Source of the DNA: Octopus bimaculoides
Taxonomy: Eukaryota
Assembly (NCBI RefSeq): GCF_001194135.2
Contig: NC_069003.1
Span: 28,304,807 to 28,355,330 of the forward strand
Reading direction: 5' to 3'
DNA length: 50,524 nt
Part shown: positions 1 to 12,322 of the stretch, piece by piece
Layout: each line of letters begins with the position of its first letter
How positions within the stretch are numbered: position 1 is the stretch's first letter
Position numbers and translations under genes: made by a program
Notes under the pieces: model-generated
Seen by the model: only the letters and a program-made list of their open reading frames with translations
Told to the model about the DNA's origin: nothing
Database searches by the model: none

Positions 1-24
1 TATATATATATATATGTATGTATG

Positions 25-57
<33 letters not shown>

Positions 58-122
58 ATATATATGTATGTATATATATATATATATATGTATATATTTG
101 TATATATATATATACATATATA
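1..122. repeat. (TA)n/(TATG)n compound microsatellite
   Basis: Direct sequence. Comparable TA, CA and GA tracts occur at ~2374-2462, 10300-10385, 16949-17002, 19830-19950, 21550-21627, 22060-22137, 30405-30447, 31557-31770, 35381-35440, 35925-36045, 47390-47545 and 49168-49268. Confidence 0.95.
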
Positions 123-1164
123 TAAAGCTGAAGATGTGTGTCTATGTGAAGCCTTTTTAAAAGTTTATAGAAATCGGCACTTTCCACTTTTTCGTAAAAT
201 TTTTTACATCAATGGAATTTTCTTGATGTGAACTTTCCAGTGCAGTAATTAGATTTTTAAAATTCCGTTTACTTTGTGTGATGTAAGGAAGATTTGGCTG
301 TTGTTTCTAGCCACTTTTATATTTCTTCCATTCTACCTGTACCGGCGTTCTTACACATCAACATATAATATAAACAGTAAGAGTAAAAGAGGGAGAGAGA
401 GAGAGAAAGTGATACATACAAAGTCGTAGATTAACTTGGTCTAAGACTATTCTTTCCTTCTATCTACTTTTTCACTCTTACTTCATTCTTCTTCCTCCCT
501 CCCATTTAATAGCTTTCTTCTATCCCTCTACCTCTAAAATATTTTTCATAACATAGAAACGTAGAAATACACACAACCACACATACGTGATCTGTGACAA
601 CAACATACACATAAACACATACACACATCAACATTATAGATATTAGATTTACTTGTGCGTGTTTCTTATATAAACATGCGCACACAGAATTCTGGCAAAA
701 CTGTGTAGCAACAGATCGCCAGCAATTGCTTCATCAGAAATTGCCATCCTAGCTCCTGCGAAAAGGGACTACCCCGCTATGTATAATCAGGGCAGCGCAA
801 AAAGTTGTTTTGCACAAACATTTGTATAGCTAATTAGACGGATGAAATTTACGTACTCTTAATGATGTTACGCAAAACAGCCTTCAGTCTTTCCCTATTA
901 ATTTCATCATCTTTTGAATTATGAACATATTTACATCATAACGGTTTTTTCATTGCAAGGCTTTCTTTTTTAGTTGATTTTCACCTAGCAAGACTTATCG
1001 TAGATGGCATAATAAGTCACACCCAGACAACGTTGGGTTATACTGCTAGTATATGTGTATATACATATATATGTATATTATAAGGCACTAAAAGAGAATG
1101 ACTCTTCCTAGACACAACAATATATATAATGTATGTTTTATATATATATGTACAGATATATGAA

Positions 1165-1460
1165 AATATCATCTGTATGTTCTTCACTGAATGAACCACA
1201 AAACCTGTATCATCAGCATAAATAAACTGTCTAATGAGAGGGCCAATCATTTTGGCTAGGTCATAAAACATCTTAGATTATAGAATTTGCCAGAAGTTTT
1301 AAATTGCATGTACATACTGAATTTAGAAGATATATGTAAGTTGCATGGTAAAGTATATAGTGATCAGAGTGGGTGCTGAAATGTCCACGGAATTGGATCT
1401 GAAAGTGTCTCATTGATGTTCACATTTGCCCTCATGTTTTGATGAAACTTTTTGAGTATT
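1165..1460 (-). mobile_element. RTE-clade LINE reverse transcriptase fragment, inverted relative to the rest of the copy
   Basis: Minus-strand translation gives KKFHQNMRANVNINETLSDPIP...APTLITIYF...LIRQFIYADDTGFVVHSVKNIQMI. The YADD motif is at 1209-1220. Stops and a deletion are present. Confidence 0.85.
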
Positions 1461-2371
1461 CTAACAAATGATATTGAACACTTTCTCCAATACATGTACT
1501 GCATTTAGTCTAAATATTAGCATAGAAGAGGTAGATGTCATGTACACTTCTCCATTGAGGAAACATATGTGGAACCTGACATTTTCAAGGGAGGAAAAGG
1601 ACTTGAAGTGGTGGACAGCATTGTGTATCTTGGAAGTATGCTTAATAGAGATGGTACCCTTGATGCTGAAATAAAGCACAGGATTGTGAAAACTAGTATG
1701 GCTTTTGGGAAACTTGTGAAGCAAGTCCAGTCAGATCAAAGTATCTTGATAGACATGAAGCCTTTGTTCTTACAGCCCTGTTATATGGATGCAAACCGTG
1801 GACAACTAACAGGCATCATATTAACCACTTAGAAAGGTTTCATCAGCATTGTATCCAGCACATCCTGAATATAAAGTGGTCTTCTTAGACACCTGGTTTT
1901 GCTGAGAAAGGTATTTCATAAACGGCATCCCTAAAGCTTTGAAGATTGATATGGATACCGTGGTGAAAGCCATACATTGGATGAAAGCCATACTTCATGA
2001 AAGGAGACTATCAAGTACAGATGTGATATCTTTGAAGGAAAGTGAATACAATATGCTGCATTGAGACAATTGCTCCATAAGCAGGACCCAAGTGCCGTGA
2101 CTTCAGAAACTAAGTAGAAATTCAGGTACATTGTGCATGAACAATTTCTTCTTTCAAGGACTTCAGTCACATGAGGTAGGGAGAAAATCAGGCTACTTTT
2201 GAGATGGTTCTTCCACTACACTTACTGTGGTTCATTTGTTCTGAAAAGAGTAATAAATGTGATATTTTCATTCCTGAAGAATGAAAGTTGGGTTGAAAAA
2301 CCACCTGCCTGCTCATGATCATGTGATGTTCAATGAAAAGATTACAGTCTTCTGAAAAGAAACAGCCATCA

Positions 2372-2372
<1 letters not shown>
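1461..2372 (+). mobile_element. RTE-clade LINE 3' part (end of RT to C-terminal Zn-finger-like region and tail), decayed
   Basis: QMILNTFSNTCTAFSLNIS, LEVVDSIVYLGSMLNRDGTLDAEIKHRIVKTSMAFGKL, YGCKPWTTNRHHINHLERFHQHCIQHILNIKW and KVGLKNHLPAH, with frameshifts. Ends cagccatcagc then (TA)n. Confidence 0.85.
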
Positions 2373-2468
<96 letters not shown>

Positions 2469-2489
2469 CTTACATGTATATTGCTTTGT

Positions 2490-2858
2490 TTGATTGCTTA
2501 TGACAACTCATCAAAGGTGATGATATTGGTGATCCAAGATTTTCATCCTTTGCTCCAGCTCATTCTTTCTCATGGGAGCAGGTATGGCTGGCAAGACTGA
2601 TACAAGATATGCAGATCCTGTGATTCTGAGGGCACCGAAAGTGATTTCAAACAGCCACTAAGTGTTGATGATGATGTTTCCTCTGGTCTTCAAGTAGTCT
2701 TCTGCACTCAGTTTCAAAGTGCTCTACTCCAGCATTACATATGGACTTACATACCTTCCAGTTAACAGCCAGAGCCACCATCTGATTGGAAGGAACACCA
2801 CACAAAATGAGAGACCACTTGAGATGAACATGAAAACGAAGTTTTGGATATCCATGAG
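2490..2858 (-). mobile_element. RTE-clade LINE 3' end remnant
   Basis: GYPKLRFHVHLKWSLILCGVP...GVEHFETECRRLLEDQRK then FRCPQNHRICISCISLASH. This resembles the RTE C-terminus GRPKLRFKD...CPxCxRxCxSRIGLxSH. Confidence 0.7.
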
Positions 2859-3030
2859 GACATATATATATACATGTATATATGTATGTAACTGAGAGAG
2901 TGCCAGTAATATATATATATATACATATATNNNNNNNNNNNNNNNNNNNNNNNNNNNNNNNNNNNNNNNNNNNNNNNNNNNNNNNNNNNNNNNNNNNNNN
3001 NNNNNNNNNNNNNNNNNNNNNNNNNNNNNN

Positions 3031-3296
3031 GAGGGGATCGACACTTTTCAGAGAGCACGTATCCAGCATGAAGAACTTAATCGAGCTGCGTGAAAGCGCA
3101 TGGCTCATATAGTGAATGGGGAAAGCTTGGTCTGCAATGTTTGCAGTCGTGTATGCTTGTCAAGAGCAGGGCTCATTAGCCACCAATGCAGGTGCAAATG
3201 CAAAATATAAGTTAGTCCTAGAGCGCACAATGTTTCTGAAGGTCGGCAATGGTCTTCCTCGGTCACGAGTGGACAGCCATCATAATCATCATATAG
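3031..3296 (+). mobile_element. RTE-clade LINE 3' end remnant
   Basis: EGIDTFQRARIQHEELNR...LVCNVCSRVCLSRAGLISHQ, ending gtggacagccatcataatcatcat. The 5' side is lost in an N gap. Confidence 0.75.
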
Positions 3297-3298
3297 AA

Positions 3299-3343
<45 letters not shown>

Positions 3344-3354
3344 AATATAAAAGA

Positions 3355-3485
3355 AAGGACCAATAGAATAAGTACCAGGTTTAGAAAGGAAATAAGTCTT
3401 GGGGTCCATTAGTTCGACTAAAATTCCTCAAGGCGATGCTCCAGCATGGCCACAGTCTAATGACAGAAACAAATAAAAGAATAAT
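3355..3485 (+). mobile_element. SINE family B 3' tail
   Basis: agaataagtaccagg...gggtccattagttcgactaaa...ctccagcatggccacagtctaatgacagaaacaaataaaaga matches the tail of the full copies at 29191 and 41535. Confidence 0.8.
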
Positions 3486-3582
3486 GACGTAGTAAGAAGA
3501 GCATCCTGACGTTTCAGGCAAAGTCTTTCCTCGTAGAAAGAAATAAACTGTTTAGAACATTCCAACTTATTCACTTGTTTCC

Positions 3583-3642
3583 AAATTGCAATACAAGTTT
3601 AAAAATTGCAATACAAGTTTAAAAAATTGCAATACAAGTTTT
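3583..3642. repeat. 20-21 bp tandem repeat x3 (aaattgcaatacaagtttaa)
   Basis: Three direct copies visible. Confidence 0.9.
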
Positions 3643-4110
3643 TTTTTTAAAAAAAAAGGAAAGAAAAAAGTCAGAATGTGCAAGAAAGGAAACTCCACTA
3701 AAAGGTGATGGTGTTAAGCAAAGCGTTGTGCATGTTATCTAAAAAAAAAAAATGGCAGGATATGAACTGTAAAAGATATAGCTGCTGTTCCTTATTGATT
3801 CGTATTAAAAGTTTCTTTTAGGTTGAAGTTAACCATGTTTCAGGAGTTAGGGTTTGTTAGACGATAAAATTGTGTGGGTGGGTTTTCTTGATCAGGCAAC
3901 AATCAAACCAATTTCTTTGGATTAGAGACTTGGAAGGTAGGGTTCCCTGCTGTTAGATATGATTGTTAAAAGTATAAAGTTGTTTCTTTTTTTTTTTTGT
4001 AGCCTAAAGTTGTTTCTTTTTTTGGTCCAATGAAATCTTAATTCTTAAGTTACATTCCACGCCAGTTTTCACATAATCGTTTAAACAAACTCAAACGAAT
4101 TGAAGTAAGA

Positions 4111-4145
<35 letters not shown>

Positions 4146-4400
4146 AGCACTGAACTACAAGTTCTCACTCAAATCTTACACTGCAACAAGAATGTTATAC
4201 AATATCTATCTAACCACTGACCTAACTATGCACACACGCATACACATACGCACAAGTACACCCACATTGCTATAACGGTAAAAACGATTTAACTTGGCAT
4301 ACTGTTGATAGGTGTACTTACTGACATTTTGAACAAAGACCTCCGAAGAAAAGAAAAGTTTCGTGAGTCTGTTTGGAATGAGAGATGTGTAATAATTGTT

Positions 4401-4550
4401 TTAAATTTTGGTCCAAGGTCAGCCATTGGGGGTGGGGGTAGTCGATTATATCGACCCTAGCACTTGACTGGTACTTTATTTTATCGACTCTGACAAGATG
4501 AAAGGCAAAGTTGTCCTCGTGGCTTTTGAACTCAGAACATAAAGAGACAG
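4401..4550 (-). mobile_element. SINE family A fragment
   Basis: Shares the core gatgaaaggcaaagt...tttgaactcagaac with the other copies. Confidence 0.8.
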
Positions 4551-4629
4551 TAGTAATAATAATGTAATAATAAAAGACTGAGGAGATTAATTCAGTATTA
4601 TGACTTTTGTTTTAATCATTCAAGCTAAC

Positions 4630-4930
4630 CAGATGGCTGTACCAGGCTCCAATCTGATCTGGAAGAGTTTCTACAGCTGGATGCCCTTCCTAATGCTAAC
4701 CACTCCAAGAGTGTTGTGGGTGCTTTTACGTGCCAACGGCACGAGGGCCAGTCAGGCGGTACTGGCAACGGTCACGCTCATATGGTGTTTTTTATGTGTC
4801 ACCTGGACAGGAGCCAGTCCAGCAGCACTGGCAACAACCTCGCTTGAATATTGTTTTCACTTGCTGCCGGCACAAGTGTTAGTAAGGCGACACTGGTAAC
4901 GCTCGAATGGTGCTTTTTACATGCTACCGG
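4630..4930 (-). mobile_element. SINE family E remnant with RTE-type tail motif and internal tandem repeats
   Basis: tacagctggatgcccttcctaatgctaacc is the reverse complement of an RTE-type tail motif (ggttggcgttaggaagggcatccagc). It is followed by repeated gtgccaacggcac/gccagtc/ggcaac units. The family 3' terminus (atggaaaacagacgttaaacgatgatg) appears at ~10565-10592. Confidence 0.65.
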
Positions 4931-4934
4931 CATT

Positions 4935-5085
4935 GGGATGGGTCGATTACATTGACCCCAGTGTTCAACAGGAACTTATTTAATCGACTCCAAAAGGACG
5001 AAAGGCAAAATTGACCTCGGCAGAATTTGAACTCAGAACATAGTGACTGGTGAAATACTACAAAGCATTTCGTCCAGCTCGTGGC
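4935..5085 (-). mobile_element. SINE family A fragment
   Basis: gacgaaaggcaaaattgacctcggcagaatttgaactcagaac core. Confidence 0.85.
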
Positions 5086-5489
5086 TTTAATAATAATAAT
5101 TCAATCGGTATTGACATGGGTAGCTTCGTGTTGAAGTTTACAAGTGAATTGTTGACAGACGGCGACAGAGAGAACTGTTTTTATTTTTGGATTACTATGT
5201 TTTCCCGTTTAATACCAGCACTAAACTTTGAGGTCTTTTGCAAGGATTTCGACTAAGTCTTCGATTTGAGCATAACATATTCCGTTCTTTCAATCAAATT
5301 CTTCATTGAAGTCTTCAAGAGACATCTGCACTCTTTCCTTCCTTTTAACTAAGCCATTTATTCTCATAAGCTGTACAGGCCCCTGGGTGTGAAGATAAAA
5401 AAAATGGCGGACAAATTGTCATGTTTTATAGCATTAAGCTGTCCAGCAACTATGGTAAAGAAAGAATTATGTGGATGTAAACTCAGTGA

Positions 5490-5625
5490 AGACCGGGCGA
5501 TGCATTGTGTTCTTGAGCAAAACACTTCATTTCACGTTGCTCCAGTTCACTCAGATGGCAAAAATGAGTAACCCTGAAACCGGGAGACTGGCCCTTATGA
5601 GCTTGGCATGGGCTCGAGAAGGAAG
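5490..5625 (+). mobile_element. SINE family F remnant (CORE/Deu-like central domain)
   Basis: ttgtgttcttgagcaaaacacttcatttcacgttgctccagttcactcag resembles conserved SINE central domains. Tail ggcccttatgagc...ggctcgagaagg. Confidence 0.5.
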
Positions 5626-6659
5626 CATCTATTTTTTTTTATTTTAAACTCAGTGAAGCTGGAGGGGGGATACAAAATTTTACTAATAGTTGTTTGGCGG
5701 GAGGGGGTGCAAGAATTTAACTAATTTTTGGGGGTGGGGGAGGGGCTGCTTTTAGTTTGCAAATCATTGGGACTAAGCCACGTCAAAGAAATTCTATTTT
5801 CAAGTTTCTTATCTTATACTTTTTTACATTTCAGCAAAATGTTTTACTCCACCCTCTCACAGTTAAACGCACGCGCACACACTCGTATATGTACGGTGAG
5901 AGAGAGAGAGAGAGGGGTGGTGGTGACTACTAAGAGTACTAACAAGTCACACTAGTCCGCCTCGTCTGCAAGTGTCACCACTTGTGTTTACGATAGCTCT
6001 TTTTTCTCTCTCACTCTCTCTCTTTCTCTGCTTCCTCCACCTTTCTCCTTTCCCACTCTTCTTCTCTCCCACTACTTCTTGAGTATTTCACTGCAACATA
6101 AGACATTTCCATAGTTTTTACAGCTCTATGGAATGTGCTGACCTTAACTTTAGTGAAACATTTCACTTGATTTTACATCTGCTTATCGACTCAGGTTACA
6201 ACTTCCGTCTGAGTTTGTTTGTTAGCCTGTCTGTCTGTCCGCCTGACAGTTGTTATCCCACTCTCTCTCTCTCTCTCTTTATCTTTCTCCCGCTTTATCT
6301 CGTATTACATTGTACATTTTTGTTGATGAATATGTCAGAATGGCTCTGCTATTCCCTAAATATTTTATTTATTTATTTTTGTAACCGTTTAAACCTGCTT
6401 GGGATCTCCAAAGACTGAATTCCCGTCAGTATACACTATTACCCAGTCGTCTCCTGAGTCAGCATGTCATCGACAAAAATAGAAACACACATTGGTTCCA
6501 CGAACCAATCAACCATCAATGTAGATGTTGTCACCATTCATATAGTCTCCTCGAAAAGTTATCTTATGTTTACTATCAAACTGATGTCAAGACATTCTAG
6601 TTCCCACGTCAGCCCTCAGTTAACATATGGTCAAAAACGTCCCAATTACGATCACCTAA

Positions 6660-6920
6660 CCTATCTCCAGATATAATGCATGTCTAAGATTGCATTATCC
6701 AACAAACGTGTCACTTTTGAAGACCAGGGCATGAAGGTATAATCTGAGTGAGATTAGGCTGCTGTTTTACGTAGGTTAGCAACGATGTAGATAGATGTCC
6801 CCAGTATTATTTGTTAAATCACAGTCGCAACTTATAATGCTGTTGTTGTTTAGCCACTAGCTGGACTAGACCAAGCAAATTTGTGGGATTTTTGTGGTTG
6901 CTGTCACAGATTTGAACATT
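6660..6920 (-). mobile_element. Retroposon family D, two adjacent fragments
   Basis: gagattaggctgctgtttt body and a gttgttgtttagcc tail (reverse complement of ggctaaacaacaac). Related pieces lie at ~11100-11260, 14295-14425, 16420-16570, 23880-24075, 25670-25800, 27685-27830 and 44705-44890. Confidence 0.55.
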
Positions 6921-7816
6921 TTAGAATTAAATGAAAATCTTCAATTCGGTATATTGATGTTATTTTTCACCCTCAATCTGAATTTGAGATTTATTTATTC
7001 CCTGAAAAATTGAGAAAACTGTTACAGAGGTTCAAAGTTTGATAATTTTAAGTCCAATCACGGAACAGGTATTGGAAGCTGGGCATTTCCTGCAGGGTAG
7101 CTGTCTATCACAAAATGCTAGAAATAACAACAAACACAAGATGATATCGATTGTCAAAACTTGTGGTAGTGGCTGCAGTGATGAAAGTGTCACAGTCGTG
7201 CTAAGTACAACATCCATGTTATAATGAAAACGGTGATTACAGCATTGCTTTTACTATGGAAACGCACCAATGCTTATATTGATTGGCTAAAATTACCCAG
7301 CTTTAAAAAACTATTAATTTTTCATTTATTAACCTATGGCAAAAATGAAATTCATTTTCATAAGTAGCATTCAAAACTAAACCAGTATAACTAAATTTGA
7401 AAACAATCGGAACAAAATTTTAAAATTTCCGTATCTGTGACAGTGACTGAAAAGATCCAATTTGTAGCCAAAAGTAGTCCACCCATGACCATCACATCTT
7501 TTTTACAATCTTGTTTATATAAGATGACTGTAACTAGTGTCCTTTCTTTAAGACAGTAGGATATGAATTGAAGATCTGACTGCAATTTCTAGCAAGCAGA
7601 ATGACCACATAAAAGCCCTATCCTTGGTGCATCCAACCAAGCCGTGAGAATGATGTAATTACATGTTATTTAACTCCAAAATGGCTGCTGATTTTTCCCA
7701 GCGAAGCAGCCATGCAGCAGTTCCCTTGAGAAAGAGTATGCATCTGGCTATTAATGAGGCTGAGCAGTGTTTAAAAGAATTCATGATTGAAACTTTTTAA
7801 AATGGTATTATATGTT

Positions 7817-8030
7817 AAGGTGATGAGTTGGCAGAATCGTAAGCATGCCAGGCAAAATGCTTAGTGGCATTTTATCTGTCTTTACACCCTAACTTCAAAT
7901 TCTGATTAGGTCGACTTTGCCTTTCATCCTTTTGGGGGTTGATAAAATAAGTACCAGTTGAGTAATCAATGTAATCGACTTATCCTCACCATTGCATTCG
8001 TTGGCCTTGAGTCAAAATTTGAAACCAAAA
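7817..8030 (+). mobile_element. SINE family A, near full length
   Basis: Head aaggtgatgagttggcagaatcgtaagc with a B-box-like ttcaaattc, core ggtcgactttgcctttcatcc, tail ggccttgagtcaaaatttgaaacc. Confidence 0.9.
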
Positions 8031-9240
8031 TTACAGTTTCTTGAGTATTTTTGTTTCTTAGGTATTAGATGAAATATGGCAGTACAATGTTTAAAGGAAT
8101 ATCCACTAATTCCAAGGGTACACAGATTAAAGCTAAGAATCTTGTTATTGTTTAACCTCAGGTCAGCTCTAAACAAACAGACCTATGATGAAAGTATCTT
8201 AGCTATAATTGTTCCATCTATTTTTAGACAAGGCATTCTAGGACTTCATTTTTCAGTACGTCCTTCCATTTATAGTTTGAAGCAAATATGGTTGCTATTT
8301 CCAGCAAATCATGCAACTCTGTGTAAGTCGTTTTGAAAGCTATTGAATCGAATACACAAAAAACCTCACAAGAGACAAGAGCTGAGAGTATTGCAGTGCA
8401 GTCTATCAATAATGAAATTGCATGAGTATTAGACACAATACTCATGAAAAGCAGAAAGCCCATATCACAAAAAGGGAGCAGTTGAAGTTGTCACCCTTTG
8501 TTAGGAACACCACTGATCACAGTTTGTTTTCTTGCATTGAAGGTTATTGAAACATTTGTCACAGACTGTTCTAGCTGCTTACAAAAAATGAAATGTAACT
8601 CTACAAAGATTCTAATAATATTAGATTTTAGGTCTTGGCCATCAAAATGGCTTACCCAGCTGCTGATTTCAGCACTATGCTACAAATGTTTAATACTGTA
8701 AAGAAAATATTTATGTGGCTGTTTATTTAAATGTCTTATTCTGTTTTAACAAAACAATATTCCAGACTTACTCTAGCCTCAGTATATGTTATTTTATGAC
8801 ATAAATAGATCATTTTTGTTTTTTTACTTTTTAACTCAAAAAGTAAAAGATCCCAAAATATCAAGAATTTATAAATTGAGACCTGTCAAACGAAAAGTTA
8901 TCAAATATTTAAAGTACCGGGATTAAGAAACAGAAGCATAACACATATATAAAATAAAGCTTCTGTATTCCTCCTCAAACTATAATACCAAGCAAAATAT
9001 GTATGTCTATATGAGTTACTTACATGTCTATTTAAAGGATAAAAACATAAAGAAAAAGGAGAAACTCACTTTTCTTTTTTCTGAAATTGTTGTGTAACAA
9101 ATTGGATATGCATTTGTATAGTTAGTGGTTAAATAAATGGATTTTCCACTGATTTTAATGCATAACCCATTTGTTCAGTCAACTGAGCTATCTACTCATT
9201 GCCCTAAAGGGTAAGTAGTTTAGTATTCTACAGACAGATG

Positions 9241-9480
9241 GACCCTCAGCACACCCACCAGGCCAGACTTAACAGAGTGTGGTACTGTGTGTGAAATAGT
9301 CAAATCTTCGACATTCAACAAACACAAGTACCCTCAGCACACCCACCAGGCCAGATTGAGCAGAGTGTGGTACTGTGTGTGAAATAGCTGAACCATAAAC
9401 AAACATATGTACCCTTAGCATAAGCCCCAGGCTAGACTGAGCAGCATGTGATATCGTGTGAAATAGTTGGACCATCAAAT
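9241..9480. repeat. 81-88 bp tandem repeat x3
   Basis: accctcagcacacccaccaggccaga...tgtgaaatag starts at 9242, 9330 and 9411. Confidence 0.9.
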
Positions 9481-10129
9481 TACAACTGAAATGGCTGAGT
9501 ATTCCACATATACTTCTACCCTTAATCTAATTCTCTGGCAGAATCAGTGTGATGTAGTGTATAACAAACCTGACTCTTTAAATTCAAAGTACAGCCCATC
9601 AAATAAGCTTCCACAGAATTTCTGTATAACAAAATTCAGTCAGACGCTTTAGGTTAAATGAATGCTCCAGCAGAAGATATCTGCACTGATAACTGTTATT
9701 GAGAGCAGTAGCAGCATATAAATACAGGAATGAAATTTGCTTAGGGCATGCAAACCCAGGACCAACCCAGGATGGTCAAAGCTTTTTCATTACCTCTACG
9801 CCTCCAAATTTTAAGTGGTGCAAGCATCCCCTGCATGCAATGTTCCCAAGGATATGAGTAGGGTTGGACTTAGGACCTGATGATTAAGAACAGAAACATT
9901 TAACCATTTAGCAGAGCCTACATATATGAAATATTAACATATTGTATTCAGAACAGTATAAATGAAGTTTGTTGTTAAGTAATAAAAATGATATTTATCA
10001 GATATATCTGTTAATGCAGGTGACTAAATTTTATGAGACTGTATTATAAGATTCTATCAGCACTTGTAAGACTATATATATGATAATATATATAAGTATA
10101 TATATGATGATAAATATATATATATGAAG

Positions 10130-10160
<31 letters not shown>

Positions 10161-10296
10161 AACAAATATAAATATATATATATATATACATTGTAACTAA
10201 ATTGTTCGGCAATGGGGTCTGACTGAAGTATTTATATTGGGGTTGATTTCTCCGACTAATCTCTACAGGCATTGCTAGATAAAAGATATTTACATG

Positions 10297-10382
<86 letters not shown>

Positions 10383-11384
10383 TATACACATACACACGCA
10401 CATATATATTATATAATTATATCCACACATGTATATGCATATAAATACATATGTGTATATATACACACATATATACATGTGTGTATACATACCCACCCAC
10501 ACATATATACATACTGACATACGTACACATATATACGTATGTACATATTTGTCGAACTGTCAAACCTCAACCACCATGGAAAACAGACGTTAAACGATGA
10601 TGTGCATTCATGCATGTGTGTGTGTGTGTGTGTGTGTATATATGGGTAATGACTTTAAATACCGTCGGTGAAGGCCATTGTTTCAGTTCTTGACGATATC
10701 CAAATTCACTAGAACTTTAAAGGAAATGGGTTCGGAAATCAAAAGCTATTTTGCACTTACATCTATTTAGAAGCCTTTAATTAATGTTATGTATTCTCTC
10801 CTCCACTCTCTCTCCCCCTTGCACTCTTTATCTTTCATTCTTCTCTCTCTCACACACACACATACGCTGGCACACATACAAAGAGATGAAGTGTAAGACT
10901 TGAATATGTCTTGAATTGTAATAAGACTGGGTAAATATAGTTTGTTCCGTAATGAGACAAACGCTCAGTTCTATGTGGCACATACTTGGTATGTATTTAT
11001 AATGTTACATCTCTGCTGCTGCTGCAACTGTTGCTGCCAATATTCTTGCTTGTGTTTAATTCTAGATTAGCACAAAGTAAGTAGACCTAATTATGAACAA
11101 AGGTGTTATAATCATGACACACTGTACTACTCAGACCACTCTACTATTCTCTGATATTGTTTGTCTAGAACTACATTATCTAATGTGTTCCACCTGTCTC
11201 AAGAGAATGGGGTGAATTTGGGATTTGGCTGTTATTTTTAACAGGTCAAGCACTCCGCTCAACCTTACACTCTGCGAGATTGTACTTGCTATGTTCTTGT
11301 TGTTGTGGAACCTCAAAGTCAGCCTTAATATATTAAGTCTATGATCAGAGACATACCATCAATAACCCTGTTTTTTTCTTGTTT

Positions 11385-11440
11385 ACTTGGGCTGACCAAG
11401 GCCTTGTGAGTGGATTTGGTAGACGGAAACTGAAAGAAGC

Positions 11441-11483
<43 letters not shown>

Positions 11484-12286
11484 GAGAAAATAACCCCAAA
11501 ACATAACCATATATAGATAGATAGATAAAGAGGCGAAGGTATGTGGTAGGAAGTTTGCTTCCTAATCACATGGTTCCAGGTTCAGTCCCATTTCGTGGCA
11601 CCTTGGACAAGTGTCTTCTGCTATAACCTCGGGTGGACCAAGNNNNNNNNNNNNNNNNNNNNNNNNNNNNNNNNNNNNNNNNNNNNNNNNNNNNNNNNNN
11701 NNNNNNNNNNNNNNNNNNNNNNNNNNNNNNNNNNNNNNNNNNNNNNNNNNNNNNNNNNNNNNNNNNNNNNNNNNNNNNNNNNNNNNNNNNNNNNNNNNNN
11801 NNNNNNNNNNNNNNNNNNNNNNNNNNNNNNNNNNNNNNNNNNNNNNNNNNNNNNNNNNNNNNNNNNNNNNNNNNNNNNNNNNNNNNNNNNNNNNNNNNNN
11901 NNNNNNNNNNNNNNNNNNNNNNNNNNNNNNNNNNNNNNNNNNNNNNNNNNNNNNNNNNNNNNNNNNNNNNNNNNNNNNNNNNNNNNNNNNNNNNNNNNNN
12001 NNNNNNNNNNNNNNNNNNNNNNNNNNNNNNNNNNNNNNNNNNNNNNNNNNNNNNNNNNNNNNNNNNNNNNNNNNNNNNNNNNNNNNNNNNNNNNNNNNNN
12101 NNNNNNNNNNNNNNNNNNNNNNNNNNNNNNNNNNNNNNNNNNNNNNNNNNNNNNNAACCCCAAAAAAACCCCGAACAGAATACGTACCAGGCTTTAAAAA
12201 AGTATCGGGGTCGATTTATTCGACTAAAATATTCTCCAAATCGGTACCCATGGCCGCAGTCTAATGACTGAAACAAGTAACAGACA

Positions 12287-12290
<4 letters not shown>
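11385..12290 (+). mobile_element. SINE family B (CORE-like): an internal fragment plus a copy spanning the N gap
   Basis: ccttgtgagtggatttggtagacggaaactgaaagaagccc at ~11400. Head and CORE-like gtggcaccttggacaagtgtctt at 11530-11642. Tail at 12170-12290. Confidence 0.85.
11643..12155. other. Assembly gap (513 N)
   Basis: Other gaps: 2931-3030, 19554-19563, 23539-23701, 29010-29171, 49269-49374. Most abut microsatellites or poly-A. Confidence 0.99.

Positions 12291-12322
<32 letters not shown>

Noticed and set aside
3500-3545. Second hammerhead-like motif on the minus strand (ctacgagg...cctgaaacgtc)
   Set aside because: The core lacks a base and G5, and the stems are weak. It may be a decayed Penelope-like tail but cannot be supported.
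9179-9210. 32-nt plus-strand exon candidate (cag|...|gtaagt)
   Set aside because: Not frame-preserving, no recognisable peptide, and expected by chance.
9241-9480. CRISPR array
   Set aside because: Only three units, ~58 bp repeats, eukaryotic context, no cas genes, and similarity to a retroposon tail.
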